IMG/VR virus record: IMGVR_UViG_2513237213_000006
Span: 1-64,000 of that record
Strand: one strand, 5' to 3'
Length of the DNA stretch: 64,000 bases
Source of the DNA: a virus
Lineage: Duplodnaviria > Caudoviricetes
Positions within the stretch are counted from its first letter, which is position 1, and each line of letters begins with the position of its first letter. Positions 49,901 to 58,120 of the stretch are shown here, in pieces. The notes below the pieces were generated by a model. It did no database searches. It was given only the letters and a program-made list of their open reading frames with translations, and had not been told where the DNA came from. A program made the translations under genes and the position numbers.

Positions 49901-50041
49901 CCTATGGCCTTTTTCTCCATAGAGTGTCCTGACGGTAGAACCTATGACCTTGTAATGTTTAACTATGTTTATGCGCAATTAGAGCTAAACAAGGTATATG
50001 GCTTTGTCTTGCAGGGCAATAAATTCAAAAAAACATTGTAA
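46910..50041 (+). CDS. dnaE: DNA polymerase III alpha subunit
   Basis: PHP motifs LHRHSHYS, ALTDHG, IFGCEMY, EDSHY; catalytic LPDVDID; FNKSHSAAY; C-terminal OB fold; TTG start inferred from RBS. Confidence 0.95.
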   Translation: MFIGLHRHSHYSKRDAIAKIPDMVERIGELGQSAWALTDHGTTSGLMEAYKVTQKYNKQHNTNIKFIFGCEMYWTPNVFIKDRKATCHLLVLARNEVGYKNLLRLTTIGYGDKGKRPDQYFYNMRVTTEDMVECKDGLIFTSACMGGVLNPKVYDGIDWDKNLAYERATKFKGLFGDSFYLEIQCSDTPTQREYNRNIIQMGKDLDIPVIVTEDSHYVNQHEADIHRKWLGVEIEPDNPDAYYQTDDYFIHSEEQVREAIGYLPADTVDMLIDNTLKLADSIETVHLKFGGKNFPELDLGGKTPLEAVKEKCRAGWKKKMQSVPRSEWPVYVEQLEHEFKVLEKCDYLTYFLMTEDFISWARSQNIRMGIGRGSVGGCLVAYLMDITRIDPIKYGLIFERFAHDKRVSLPDVDIDMPNSRRQDCIQYLVDKYKEVFHVRTFGKMAEKASIQRAARSLNYTPEEVRALSKAVSSIDEVSDPELRQLAKSYQGIIQNYGCHASAVMLFPSDANQWTAIEKQGDDYVCAYEYHDLEAMGLLKEDCLGIKTLDCIDECVRLVKEHHGVDVDVDALPDDDEKTFKMLQKLDVKGCFQIESGGMIKLIDQMKPTSVFDLVPLVALYRPSTIQSGMLDSFVNRRAGTEKTIYLHDKLKGCLSETYGVLLYQEQAMKIVQVMAGYDLGVADMFRRAIGRKIPSEMAELIPKFVKDGEALGIDARTMNKLAEWLTNCAAYQFNKSHSAAYGVTCYQTAYLKAHYPAEYLTAFLNAYKGDKQEDLLPYVRDAKEHGIKILPPSADSDTCGWTCGVDADGQPWIRVALNFISGVGDLPVPLDKDSYLKLPRDKVENLTKAGALDFVGDRAKLLEKLYKGGQLERLQKQLDTAAERQEKNRILYESAKEGTKKKEDAKRKMLKYSEQKWDIQQRIDEVNALNCKDFDQSKAEMEVLGMTFVDVFAGYDLSKYSTPEVDENGKPVESTPNRRIVLGCVRRWKPWKQKNGKPMAFFSIECPDGRTYDLVMFNYVYAQLELNKVYGFVLQGNKFKKTL

Positions 50042-50082
50042 AAACATACAAGAAAAACCATAACGACAGTGACCTGCTGTTA

Positions 50083-50112
50083 TTGACACACACATATAAA
50101 CGACCATATAAT
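50083..50112 (+). promoter_or_regulatory. Sigma-A promoter
   Basis: TTGACA-18-TATAAT; spacer contains ACACATATAAA, also seen at 62799 and 62856. Confidence 0.75.
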
Positions 50113-50156
50113 TGTATATAGAGCAAAAAGAAAGAATCACAAAAGGAGTGGTAACT

Positions 50157-50645
50157 ATGGCAAGGGGAAGAACCAAAGGTGACGTAGATTACGACAAAAT
50201 CCTCCAAAAATGGAATATCTCTTACGAACTTTATGATAAATGGGTATCGGCAAAAAAAGTCGTATACATTTTAGACCAGTATAAACAAGAACTTGGGATA
50301 GAAACAGATCGAGAACTGGCCGAAAAAACAGGGATACTAAAGCAAATTATCTCAGCCACTAGGAGCAAAGCCCGCAAGGGGAGCCGTTTGCAAGCGCTTG
50401 GAGCAATAACACTGATTGATGCATTAGGGATAGACCCTCGCGTTATCCTGGTTCAAAAGGTAAAGCCAATCGAACTGACACTCAATCCTTACGATGCGCT
50501 TTTTCTTGACTCTTTCCCCAGTGACGTAGACCGGGCAAACCTGATGAAATACAAAAACGAAATCCTGTCGTACCTGCACAAGCTGGTTGATGAATCCAAA
50601 AAGAAAAACATTGCCGAAATGGAAAGATATGTGAACTCAAACTAA
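50157..50645 (+). CDS. Putative HTH (XRE-like) regulator
   Basis: TDRELAEKTGILKQIISA...KGSRLQALGAITLIDALGIDPR; AAGGAG RBS. Confidence 0.65.
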   Translation: MARGRTKGDVDYDKILQKWNISYELYDKWVSAKKVVYILDQYKQELGIETDRELAEKTGILKQIISATRSKARKGSRLQALGAITLIDALGIDPRVILVQKVKPIELTLNPYDALFLDSFPSDVDRANLMKYKNEILSYLHKLVDESKKKNIAEMERYVNSN

Positions 50646-50673
50646 AAGCCGCCGAAAGGCGGTTTCTTTTTTT
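50644..50673. terminator. Terminator between convergent genes
   Basis: AAAAGCCGCC-GAAA-GGCGGTTT plus T-run. Confidence 0.85.
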
Positions 50674-50689
50674 ATGCCTTTTTCGTCTG

Positions 50690-50880
50690 TATTTATTTGT
50701 GTGTTTATATATTTACGTATTTTTATACTTGTTTATGTATGTGTATAACTACGTATTTATGCACGCCTACACATGCCCTTCTATGCGTTTATGCACGTTT
50801 GTATGCACCTGTGTTTTTATACTTATTTATGTATGTGTTTTATTGTGTACTTATGTATTTGCTTATATATACACATAAAA
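50690..50880. repeat. Degenerate TATG/TTTG/TATT tandem array (parC-like candidate)
   Basis: TTTATGTATGT at 50732 and 50826; directly downstream of the parR-like gene. Confidence 0.6.
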
Positions 50881-50914
50881 AAAGAGTGCCTTCCGGCACC
50901 CTTCGGTCATTGGC

Positions 50915-51508
50915 TTATATCATTTTTATAGGTCTTCTCCGTTTGGACTTCCCGCTGTTTTTTATCACATCGGAAACATCCTCTGGCGTAGGGTCGTTCT
51001 CGGTCTGCTCGTTTTTTTCGGTCTTTTCTTTTTGCTGTGGCTTTGGCATATATTCAGGATGCGGAATATATTCTTCGTCGGGTTCTTCCGCTGGCTCGTC
51101 CACGGTGTCCACACCCGGCCCATCGTTCGCCTGGTCTGCCTGAGCTTCAGCAACCTTGGCTTCTTCCTCGGCCTTCTTCATCAGCTCTTTGCCTTTTTCG
51201 ACCTTAGCTCGTTTGCTCACTGCCTGACTTACGCTATCCTTGAAATCATCTTCCAACTCAAAAGCCGCCAGTGCGTCACCTTTATGCGTGGGGATGATGG
51301 TTCTTTTTGTTTCCTTCTTCATAGCTTTGATTCGAGCCACCTTCTCCGCCAGCATCTTGTCCTTTTCATCCCTCAGTATCTTGAAGAAATCCTCGCGCAG
51401 AACAAGCTCAGATATATAGGCCGACATATTAAGCCCCATCGCATCAGCCTGAACCTTCAGAAGCTCCTTTACTTCCGGCTCTATTGTGATTGTCATATTA
51501 ACTCGCAT
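50915..51508 (-). CDS. Ribbon-helix-helix protein, ParR-like adaptor
   Basis: N-terminal RVNMTITIEPEVKELLKVQADAMGLNMSAYISELV; downstream of parM; disordered acidic tail. Confidence 0.7.
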   Translation of the reverse strand: MRVNMTITIEPEVKELLKVQADAMGLNMSAYISELVLREDFFKILRDEKDKMLAEKVARIKAMKKETKRTIIPTHKGDALAAFELEDDFKDSVSQAVSKRAKVEKGKELMKKAEEEAKVAEAQADQANDGPGVDTVDEPAEEPDEEYIPHPEYMPKPQQKEKTEKNEQTENDPTPEDVSDVIKNSGKSKRRRPIKMI

Positions 51509-51514
51509 ATTTTA

Positions 51515-52402
51515 TCAGTCCTTTTCTCCTGCATAATATCCGTAAGCATTTGCAAATACCGCTGTCATTTCGTCCAGTGGTTTATATGCAGTATCTTTAA
51601 AGTGGGGGGCAATGAAAGAGGTGCCACCGCCGACGATGTAAAGAGAGTCCATCAGTTCGAGATTCCAATGGTTAATTCTGAGATTGTTCTTGATAGTCTT
51701 TGCCATTCTCTCAAAGGCTTTGTCAGCCTCCTCGGGTACTTTGTCAATGTATAACTTCGCTTCATAGCTCTCAATATCATTGTAGCCGACATTTTCAAGA
51801 GCTTTCACAATATCCCGATAAGCATTGATAACGCCTTTCTCTAAGCTGCCGCTGTTCTCTGGGACGTAAGTGCCGCGCTTGAAGTAAGCAAAATCGACGG
51901 TTTTCTGTCCAATGTCAACGATGCCAATCACTTTTCTTTTGATGTCCTTATCGTCTTTGGCAATCAGTTTGTAGACAGCTTCCGACTGGGCATATACGGA
52001 GATTTTCTTGATGTCAACGGAGCACTTCTTGCCATTATAGGACACTTCATACTTGCCTTTTAGCTTCGTTAGAGCGTCTTTCATGGCCTTGTAATCGCTA
52101 ATGGGTAGTCCAACCGCAACCGAATCGGAGAAGCTCTCTGTGTCCGTCATAGCACAGATAGCAGTCAACATGAAAATCTTGTGACGTAACATATCAGTAC
52201 GGTCAAATGGAGCTTCGCCGCCACGGTTCAAGGCGGTCATACCAACATGGTACTTAACACCGTCCAATTCAAGCAGCTGATCGTCCGGATCAGTAGTGGG
52301 AATGTAATCCTCCGATGCTTCCATGTAAACAGACGGGAAAGCCGTAACCTCCTCGCCGTCATACACCTTCACATTACCAAATCCAACATCGATACTAAGC
52401 AT
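51515..52402 (-). CDS. parM: Actin-like plasmid segregation ATPase (ParM/StbA family)
   Basis: SIDVGFGNVK, VAVGLP, AQSEA, IVDIGQKTVD, IVGGGT, NAYGY. Confidence 0.92.
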   Translation of the reverse strand: MLSIDVGFGNVKVYDGEEVTAFPSVYMEASEDYIPTTDPDDQLLELDGVKYHVGMTALNRGGEAPFDRTDMLRHKIFMLTAICAMTDTESFSDSVAVGLPISDYKAMKDALTKLKGKYEVSYNGKKCSVDIKKISVYAQSEAVYKLIAKDDKDIKRKVIGIVDIGQKTVDFAYFKRGTYVPENSGSLEKGVINAYRDIVKALENVGYNDIESYEAKLYIDKVPEEADKAFERMAKTIKNNLRINHWNLELMDSLYIVGGGTSFIAPHFKDTAYKPLDEMTAVFANAYGYYAGEKD

Positions 52403-52419
52403 AGATACAACATCCTTTC

Positions 52420-52560
52420 AATATGTATTTGTTTATGTGCGGTTCCCGACTGGTTCCCCGCAACAACCATATTATAGCACACGTACATATTTATTTGCAA
52501 GCATATTTATTTTATATGTATGGTTATATTCGTTTACATACGTATTTGGAAATTATAAAA
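52420..52560. repeat. Degenerate TATG/TATT array upstream of parM (parC/operator candidate)
   Basis: ATATGTATTTGTTTATGTG, TATTTATTTG, TATATGTATGG. Confidence 0.5.
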
Positions 52561-52595
52561 ACGAAGAGTGTATTATATTTATGAAAAACTTGGGC

Positions 52596-52625
52596 TTGAC
52601 TCCATCATATATGGTGTGTTATTCT
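52596..52625 (+). promoter_or_regulatory. Promoter for rep with a 350-nt leader
   Basis: TTGACT-18-TATTCT with TG; GGACAACAAAAAA tandem repeat at 52649 and 52662. Confidence 0.6.
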
Positions 52626-52668
52626 TGATGCATAGACATTTTGAACACGGACAACAAAAAAGGACAAC

Positions 52669-52820
52669 AAAAAAGGACTTCTCCCGCGCCAACGGTTGAA
52701 ATCCTTTAGTCCACATAGCCTGCAGCCACAGGCACTTGTAGGAAGCGACGCCAATCGCAAGACCTACTTTGAAAGCAACTACTGATTTGTGTACGGAATC
52801 AGCAGAGCATTGTTTTCTAT
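52669..52820 (-). ncRNA. Predicted countertranscript (antisense) RNA in the rep leader
   Basis: Minus-strand TTGCAT-17-TATAAT (52855-52827); terminator hairpin 52707-52672 followed by U6. Confidence 0.65.
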
Positions 52821-52976
52821 TACTATATTATACAGTAATGGAGTAAATAATGCAAGAGTTATAGCTGTATTTTGCTATATTTCTATACGCATATTCGGGA
52901 GCATTTTCAGACCTGTGGTGTTGGTTTGAGGATGCTCCTTTTTGGTATGTCTAAAACAGGAAAAGAGGTTATTGGT

Positions 52977-53678
52977 ATGGCATGGACAGTAAACGGTATA
53001 AAACTGAACAACACGCATCTCGCCGTATACAACTGCGTAAAACGCTTATCGAAGAAGCAAGGATACTGCTCTGCATGGAACGAGCAAATCGGGAAGGACT
53101 GGATGGTGAATCGTTCTCCTGATCGCGTGAGCCACATTTTAACCGACCTGCGTAGAGCTGGCCTGGTTGCCGTGCTTTGCATTTACGAGAAAGGCAGAAA
53201 CTTTGTGAAGCATCGTAAACTCACCATTGTTGGGGACTTCCTGAAGGCCGTAACCCCCAGTCTTTCCTCTATCGCTACAAATAACGAGGTACATTCCGTA
53301 GGATGTAATAATAAGACAAACAACAACGACGGCGAGCCACTCAAGAACCTGATGCGGTCTGCCATGAAGCTGGGTATATCCCCATATCGGGTAAGTGTTG
53401 CCATTAGAAAATGGGGCATTAAGTACGTTCAAGAAAAGATGGCCATTGTTGCCAACTCCCGCACGGTAAAGAATCCGGTGGCTTATTTCCTGAGAGCATT
53501 ACTCTCCGATTGGAAGCCCAATAAACGCGCATCTAAGCATATCGGACAACCCTGCGACTATACCCGCAAGACCGTATTCACTGTGAACTACGAAAACCAT
53601 GAAGCAGATGCCGTTGTCAAAACACGTTCCCTCGATGAAATAGCCAAGGACTCTCCATTTGCTAAGTTTCTGCGATAA
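52977..53678 (+). CDS. HTH replication initiator (Rep)
   Basis: N-terminal wHTH (LAVYNCVKRLS..QGYC.AWNEQIG...VSHILTDLRRAGLV); C-terminal VKNPVAYFLRAL..DW; AAGAGG RBS. Confidence 0.7.
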   Translation: MAWTVNGIKLNNTHLAVYNCVKRLSKKQGYCSAWNEQIGKDWMVNRSPDRVSHILTDLRRAGLVAVLCIYEKGRNFVKHRKLTIVGDFLKAVTPSLSSIATNNEVHSVGCNNKTNNNDGEPLKNLMRSAMKLGISPYRVSVAIRKWGIKYVQEKMAIVANSRTVKNPVAYFLRALLSDWKPNKRASKHIGQPCDYTRKTVFTVNYENHEADAVVKTRSLDEIAKDSPFAKFLR

Positions 53679-53926
53679 GAGCATAGATATTCCCTGACAA
53701 CTCCATACTCTACGCATCAGGCGTACTCTATTCATTTTTAGGGACTTTATGCCCATTATTTTAAATGCGGGTAATTTCTGAAAATAATTTCTTTGAGTAT
53801 TCGTCATACTTTCTAATGTGTCAATAGACACTGGCTCTCCTTGTATTTATTGGGGTCTTGCTTATGGTATTTCTTTACAGAGATAAAGCGACACAGGGAA
53901 TGCGACCAAAGTCATAATATCTTTGC

Positions 53927-53955
53927 TTGACATTACATTCGTCACAGTCTATTAT
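53927..53955 (+). promoter_or_regulatory. Sigma-A promoter of the replication/recombination operon
   Basis: TTGACA-17-TATTAT; A15 tract at 53980-53994. Confidence 0.75.
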
Positions 53956-54210
53956 TAAAATCACATTAGAAATTGAGGCAAAAAAAAAAAAAAACACCAA
54001 TTCTGACATTTTCCATCGGGGAAACACGTTTTACCATTCGTAGCTCACTTTTTTGCACATCTTCAACTATTCGGGAACGTAAACCACTTATAGTCTATTT
54101 GTAAAATGATACTTTTAATAAAAAGAATTTATTTTATAAAAATGTATTGTTTTTATGTGTATACTGTGGTAGACTGTATTTAGTTTACAAAACAGGAGGT
54201 TCTTTTCATC

Positions 54211-54393
54211 ATGCAAAAATTCCCCAAGATTTTCCGTTTTCTCGGTAAAGACATCAAGATTGACTCTCTCGAAGAAGAGAAGAAGATTTTAGACGGCTTA
54301 TCGAGGCTCGTTCGCGATAACTTTGAGTGCGGGTTCCAAGGGCATGACGGAAGAGAACTTCCCATTAGAATACAGATTGGAGATGCGTGTTAA
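54211..54393 (+). CDS. Hypothetical protein (60 aa)
   Basis: AGGAGG RBS. Confidence 0.65.
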   Translation: MQKFPKIFRFLGKDIKIDSLEEEKKILDGLSRLVRDNFECGFQGHDGRELPIRIQIGDAC

Positions 54394-55125
54394 TTGGCTA
54401 AAAAGAACGATGTCGAGGCTCAGCTGAAAGCTCCTTTTCCGCTGGCTGACCTTGAGTGGCGTGTTGGTTCCACTTTCAAAGAGGGTACAAAGGGGATTTT
54501 ATTGCCTTTTGTGACAGCCCGAGCAATTCAGGAACGGCTCGACCAGGTGTTCGGCGTTGAGGGTTGGAAGAACAAACCGGATATTTACGAGCAGGGTGTT
54601 GTGTGCACTCTGACGGCTACAACCGCCGATGGTAAGGTGATTGAGAAAGCTGATGGCGCAGAGTTCTCACAGGTTAGTGGCCTGAAGGGTGGCATCAGTG
54701 GTGCTCTGAAAAGGGCTGCTTCTGCAATGGGCATTGGCAGGTATCTGTATGATCTGCCGGTTATCAACGTAGAACTCGACCACAAGCGGTTCAAAGGCAA
54801 GGTCGTGGCTCTCCCCGATGAGTTTGTTCCCGAATCGGAGAAAACTGGGGCGACGGAAGTTAAGATTGAGTATTACGGTTTCGCTGGCTCTGACGGCGGT
54901 TACAACAATCATAGAGGCGCATCCAATAGTGCACCCTTAGGTAACGTATCGGAAGACGAAATCAAGGCCGCTATGGACTTTGTGGTGCGTAATGACAAAT
55001 ACAACGAGGGCAAGAAGATGTCCGAAGTGTGGGAGAAATCCCTGCGCTTCCTTGCAAATGGTCGCGACAAAGAACAGGCCAGAGCAGCTCGAATTGTAGC
55101 TCGGCATAAGGGCATCGCACTGTAA
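54394..55125 (+). CDS. Single-strand annealing protein, Rad52/Sak family
   Basis: L.APFP...EWRV, FVTARAIQERLD.VFG..GW, KGGISGALKRAA...GIGRYLYDLP. Confidence 0.9.
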   Translation: MAKKNDVEAQLKAPFPLADLEWRVGSTFKEGTKGILLPFVTARAIQERLDQVFGVEGWKNKPDIYEQGVVCTLTATTADGKVIEKADGAEFSQVSGLKGGISGALKRAASAMGIGRYLYDLPVINVELDHKRFKGKVVALPDEFVPESEKTGATEVKIEYYGFAGSDGGYNNHRGASNSAPLGNVSEDEIKAAMDFVVRNDKYNEGKKMSEVWEKSLRFLANGRDKEQARAARIVARHKGIAL

Positions 55126-55195
55126 GTATTTATGTATGTAAGTGCATATGTGTTTGTTTGTGTATGTAGTTATTTGTGTAAATATGTATAGTGGA
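55124..55195. repeat. Third degenerate TATG/TTTG array
   Basis: TTTATGTATGT at 55129; a related array lies at 55405-55442. Confidence 0.55.
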
Positions 55196-55203
55196 GGTTT
55201 GCT

Positions 55204-55446
55204 GTGTTACGTTTAACAACCATATTTCTAGCCGGGTGCGGGGCCTATGTATTGGTTGGCACCTATATGGTACTGTGCCTCCTAAATCGTTGCACTCTTT
55301 CTTCAACAGATAGCTACAATATGTGCGACGTTATGCGTACTTGTGCTCATATTATAGGGTATCACCTGAAACTCATAGAGTGTGCAATATCCACACAAAC
55401 ACACAACAACATAAACAAATATGTGTGTAAATATGTATGTGCATAG
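55204..55446 (+). CDS. Possible exported/membrane protein (80 aa)
   Basis: GGAGG RBS and hydrophobic N-terminus; 3' end overlaps repeats. Confidence 0.4.
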   Translation: MLRLTTIFLAGCGAYVLVGTYMVLCLLNRCTLSSTDSYNMCDVMRTCAHIIGYHLKLIECAISTQTHNNINKYVCKYVCA

Positions 55447-55799
55447 ATATTGAGAAATTCGTGGGGTTGCCTTTTAAGAGCCAGCTCCACCAATGTTGCC
55501 TGATGTACTGTCTAGCCAATGGCGTATCAGCATTTAAGAACAAAAAGCCCTCGCCTGATTACTTCAAGTGCAGAGCGTATCTGTTTAAACTGCCAACACA
55601 GGACATCAAAAACATTGCATTGATGCTCATGAAAGAGCGAAAACCTGTCTACCTCTATGACCTATTAAAAAAGGCACAGGAGTATGTAGAGCGGGAGCGT
55701 ACAGAGGAAAATAAAAATAAGATTGACCGTCTTGAGAAAGCGTGTAAAAACGGCAATTCTTACGACATGGATGCAGCTTTGTTAGATTTTTTAGGATAA
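55437..55799 (+). CDS. Hypothetical protein (120 aa)
   Basis: ORF in replication operon. Confidence 0.65.
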   Translation: MCIDIEKFVGLPFKSQLHQCCLMYCLANGVSAFKNKKPSPDYFKCRAYLFKLPTQDIKNIALMLMKERKPVYLYDLLKKAQEYVERERTEENKNKIDRLEKACKNGNSYDMDAALLDFLG

Positions 55800-55802
55800 C
55801 AT

Positions 55803-56153
55803 ATGTTAAGAAAAACGATAGCGACATTGACAGTGACAACGGTTCTAGGTGTCGGACTGTGGTTCATTGATGACTTTTACACAGAGAAAACATTAGAATG
55901 GTACGAAGACTCCTATGCTTATGCTTTTGAGAAGACCAACGAGAAGCCCGATGAGGATAACGAACTTGGTCGTATGACATGGCTTTTGTGCTGGCGTATA
56001 GCGAATAATTTTACGCCGTCGCTGTCAGATTGGCTCGACCCACCACCAAAAGTGGGAAAAAGAGAAACAGTTGAGTACATACAGAAACAGGGGTATTATT
56101 ACGATGCGTGGAAAGGAACTCTCGTAGAGATACCCGAATCGGAGGAAAAATAG
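55803..56153 (+). CDS. Hypothetical protein with N-terminal TM/signal segment
   Basis: IATLTVTTVLGVGLWFI. Confidence 0.65.
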   Translation: MLRKTIATLTVTTVLGVGLWFIDDFYTEKTLEWYEDSYAYAFEKTNEKPDEDNELGRMTWLLCWRIANNFTPSLSDWLDPPPKVGKRETVEYIQKQGYYYDAWKGTLVEIPESEEK

Positions 56154-58120
56154 ATGTAAAAACCCTTGTAGGTCAGGTCGATTTAGTCGAGTTCGCTGAG
56201 AAGTACACGGATTTACAGAAGCAAGGTGATGTGTACCGGGGAATATGCCCTGTTTGTCAGCACGATAACAACAGTGAATTTGTTATATACGACCACAAAA
56301 CCTACCATTGCTGGGCGTGCGGCTCATCGGGCGACGTTATCAATCTGTTGCGGGATAAGTATAAGCTGGACTTTTTCGCGGCGGCTGAGAAACTTGCCGA
56401 TATGATGAACGTAGATTTAACCCATGACAAAGGCTATAAGGCCAGAAAAGAAGCGGTAAATAAAAGACAGGAATGGGCGAGAGCCTGCCAGCGCAATCTG
56501 AAGGTAGTCAAGGACTATCTCACTAAGGTGCGCGGCCTGTCAGACAGCACAATAGACTATTTTCAGTTAGGTGCGGATGAGCACGGAAATGTATCTATCC
56601 CCCTGATCGACGCAAACGGTCGCTATGTAAGCTGGGCAGTTCGCCGCTTTGAAGGTCAGCCAAAATATTTGACTGGTAAGAATGACGAGATTTTTACTAA
56701 AGCGGAATTTCTCTTTAATATGCGTGGCGCAAAGGAGAGAATGACGAACACCCTCTACTTAGTGGAGGGCTTTTTTTGTGCCATGAGTTTGTATGAAGCT
56801 GGTTTTGCGGCAGTGGCATACAATAGCAGCCAACCCTCGAAACAGCATATACAGAAGATGGCAGCACTTTTGAAATATCATCCTGAGCTGACAGTGGTGC
56901 TGGTGCCGGATAATGACGGCGTGGCCTACCCGCTGGTCGAAAAAGTCAGGAAGAACCTTCTGCGATATGCTCCTGAGTTACCTGTGGAAGTGCTGATGTT
57001 GCCGGATGGCATGAAGGATGTCAATGACTTCTTTGTTGCTGGTGGCACATCGGAAGGATTTGCACAGTTGCCGAAAGAGCCGATTGACCTGTTTGTGTTG
57101 AAGCAGGAACTGCAGAAGTGCGGGAGTCGAACGGCAGAGCGCAAAATGGTGGAGTCATACGCCAAGACAGTCAAGGATAATCTTACCCTGCTGCAGATCG
57201 CGAGTTATCTTGCTGGCAAATGGGGAGTCACGACAGAGGCCGTAGACGACTTCCTGCAGGTGTCCCGGCAAGGCATGGATTTAGACAGTGATTTCAAAGA
57301 CCCCGACCAATGTATCGCGGAAACCGTGAAAATGCTGAAAGAGCCAGTTATGTCATATGGTGTCAAGACTCTTGATGATGGTATCAGGGGGGCTGGCCGG
57401 AGAAAAGATGTAACCATTGTTGGTGCGTGTTCCTCGGTCGGCAAGACATTCTTTGTTGTCTGTATGGCGGCAGATATGGTGGTGCGTCAGCGTAAGCGTA
57501 TTGTGTTCTTCTCGCTGGAAATGAGCGCGGGGGCGTTGTTTGAGCGTCTTATCGCCTGTTTGCTGGGGCGCAGTTCGGATATTGTCGATAAAATGCTCAT
57601 CGAAGGAGATCCGCTGGCCTATTCCGTACTGGAGAAGTTGCGCGAATACATCTATGTTGTCGATAAGAACGGCCTGACCATCGAGGAAATTGATGCCTAT
57701 GTCAAAACCGCGAACAGTAAAATGTTTGATGGCCAGTTAGACTGTGTGTTTATTGACTATCTGCAGTATATGAAAGGGTGTTCCGAGTATCAGGTGTTGG
57801 CTGAAACGGCGAAAGGGCTGAAACCACTGGCGAAAAACAACAACATCCATGTGGTGGCTCTCAGTCAGTTGAACCGTGGTGTTAATCCGTGGGAGCGTCC
57901 TGACATGGGCAAACTAAAAGGCGGTGGCGACATCGAAGCATCCGGGGATGAAATTCTGCTGCTTTGGAGGCCGGAAAAAGATCCGAACCTGTTACCAGAC
58001 GAACGAGAGTTAAAGAAAAACAAGGTTATGTGTGCGATAGGAAAGGCTCGTCATGGTGCTCGTATAGACGAAACAGAGCTGATTTTTGATCCAGCCACAT
58101 CGAGAATAAGAGGTGTATAG
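56150..58120 (+). CDS. Fused DNA primase-helicase (CHC2 Zn finger, TOPRIM, DnaB)
   Basis: GICPVCQH...HCWACG; LVEGFF; PDND; GACSSVGKT; FSLEMS; IDYLQ; LSQLNR. Start either GTG 56108 or ATA 56150. Confidence 0.93.
   Translation: MDVKTLVGQVDLVEFAEKYTDLQKQGDVYRGICPVCQHDNNSEFVIYDHKTYHCWACGSSGDVINLLRDKYKLDFFAAAEKLADMMNVDLTHDKGYKARKEAVNKRQEWARACQRNLKVVKDYLTKVRGLSDSTIDYFQLGADEHGNVSIPLIDANGRYVSWAVRRFEGQPKYLTGKNDEIFTKAEFLFNMRGAKERMTNTLYLVEGFFCAMSLYEAGFAAVAYNSSQPSKQHIQKMAALLKYHPELTVVLVPDNDGVAYPLVEKVRKNLLRYAPELPVEVLMLPDGMKDVNDFFVAGGTSEGFAQLPKEPIDLFVLKQELQKCGSRTAERKMVESYAKTVKDNLTLLQIASYLAGKWGVTTEAVDDFLQVSRQGMDLDSDFKDPDQCIAETVKMLKEPVMSYGVKTLDDGIRGAGRRKDVTIVGACSSVGKTFFVVCMAADMVVRQRKRIVFFSLEMSAGALFERLIACLLGRSSDIVDKMLIEGDPLAYSVLEKLREYIYVVDKNGLTIEEIDAYVKTANSKMFDGQLDCVFIDYLQYMKGCSEYQVLAETAKGLKPLAKNNNIHVVALSQLNRGVNPWERPDMGKLKGGGDIEASGDEILLLWRPEKDPNLLPDERELKKNKVMCAIGKARHGARIDETELIFDPATSRIRGV

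Noticed and set aside
50697-51143. 148-aa plus-strand ORF MCVYIFTYFYTC...
   Set aside because: Product of the TATG/TTTG repeat array and the antisense strand of parR
3327-53840. 14-nt match GACACTGGCTCTCC at 3327 and 53827
   Set aside because: One copy is inside a coding sequence, with no shared context; compatible with chance
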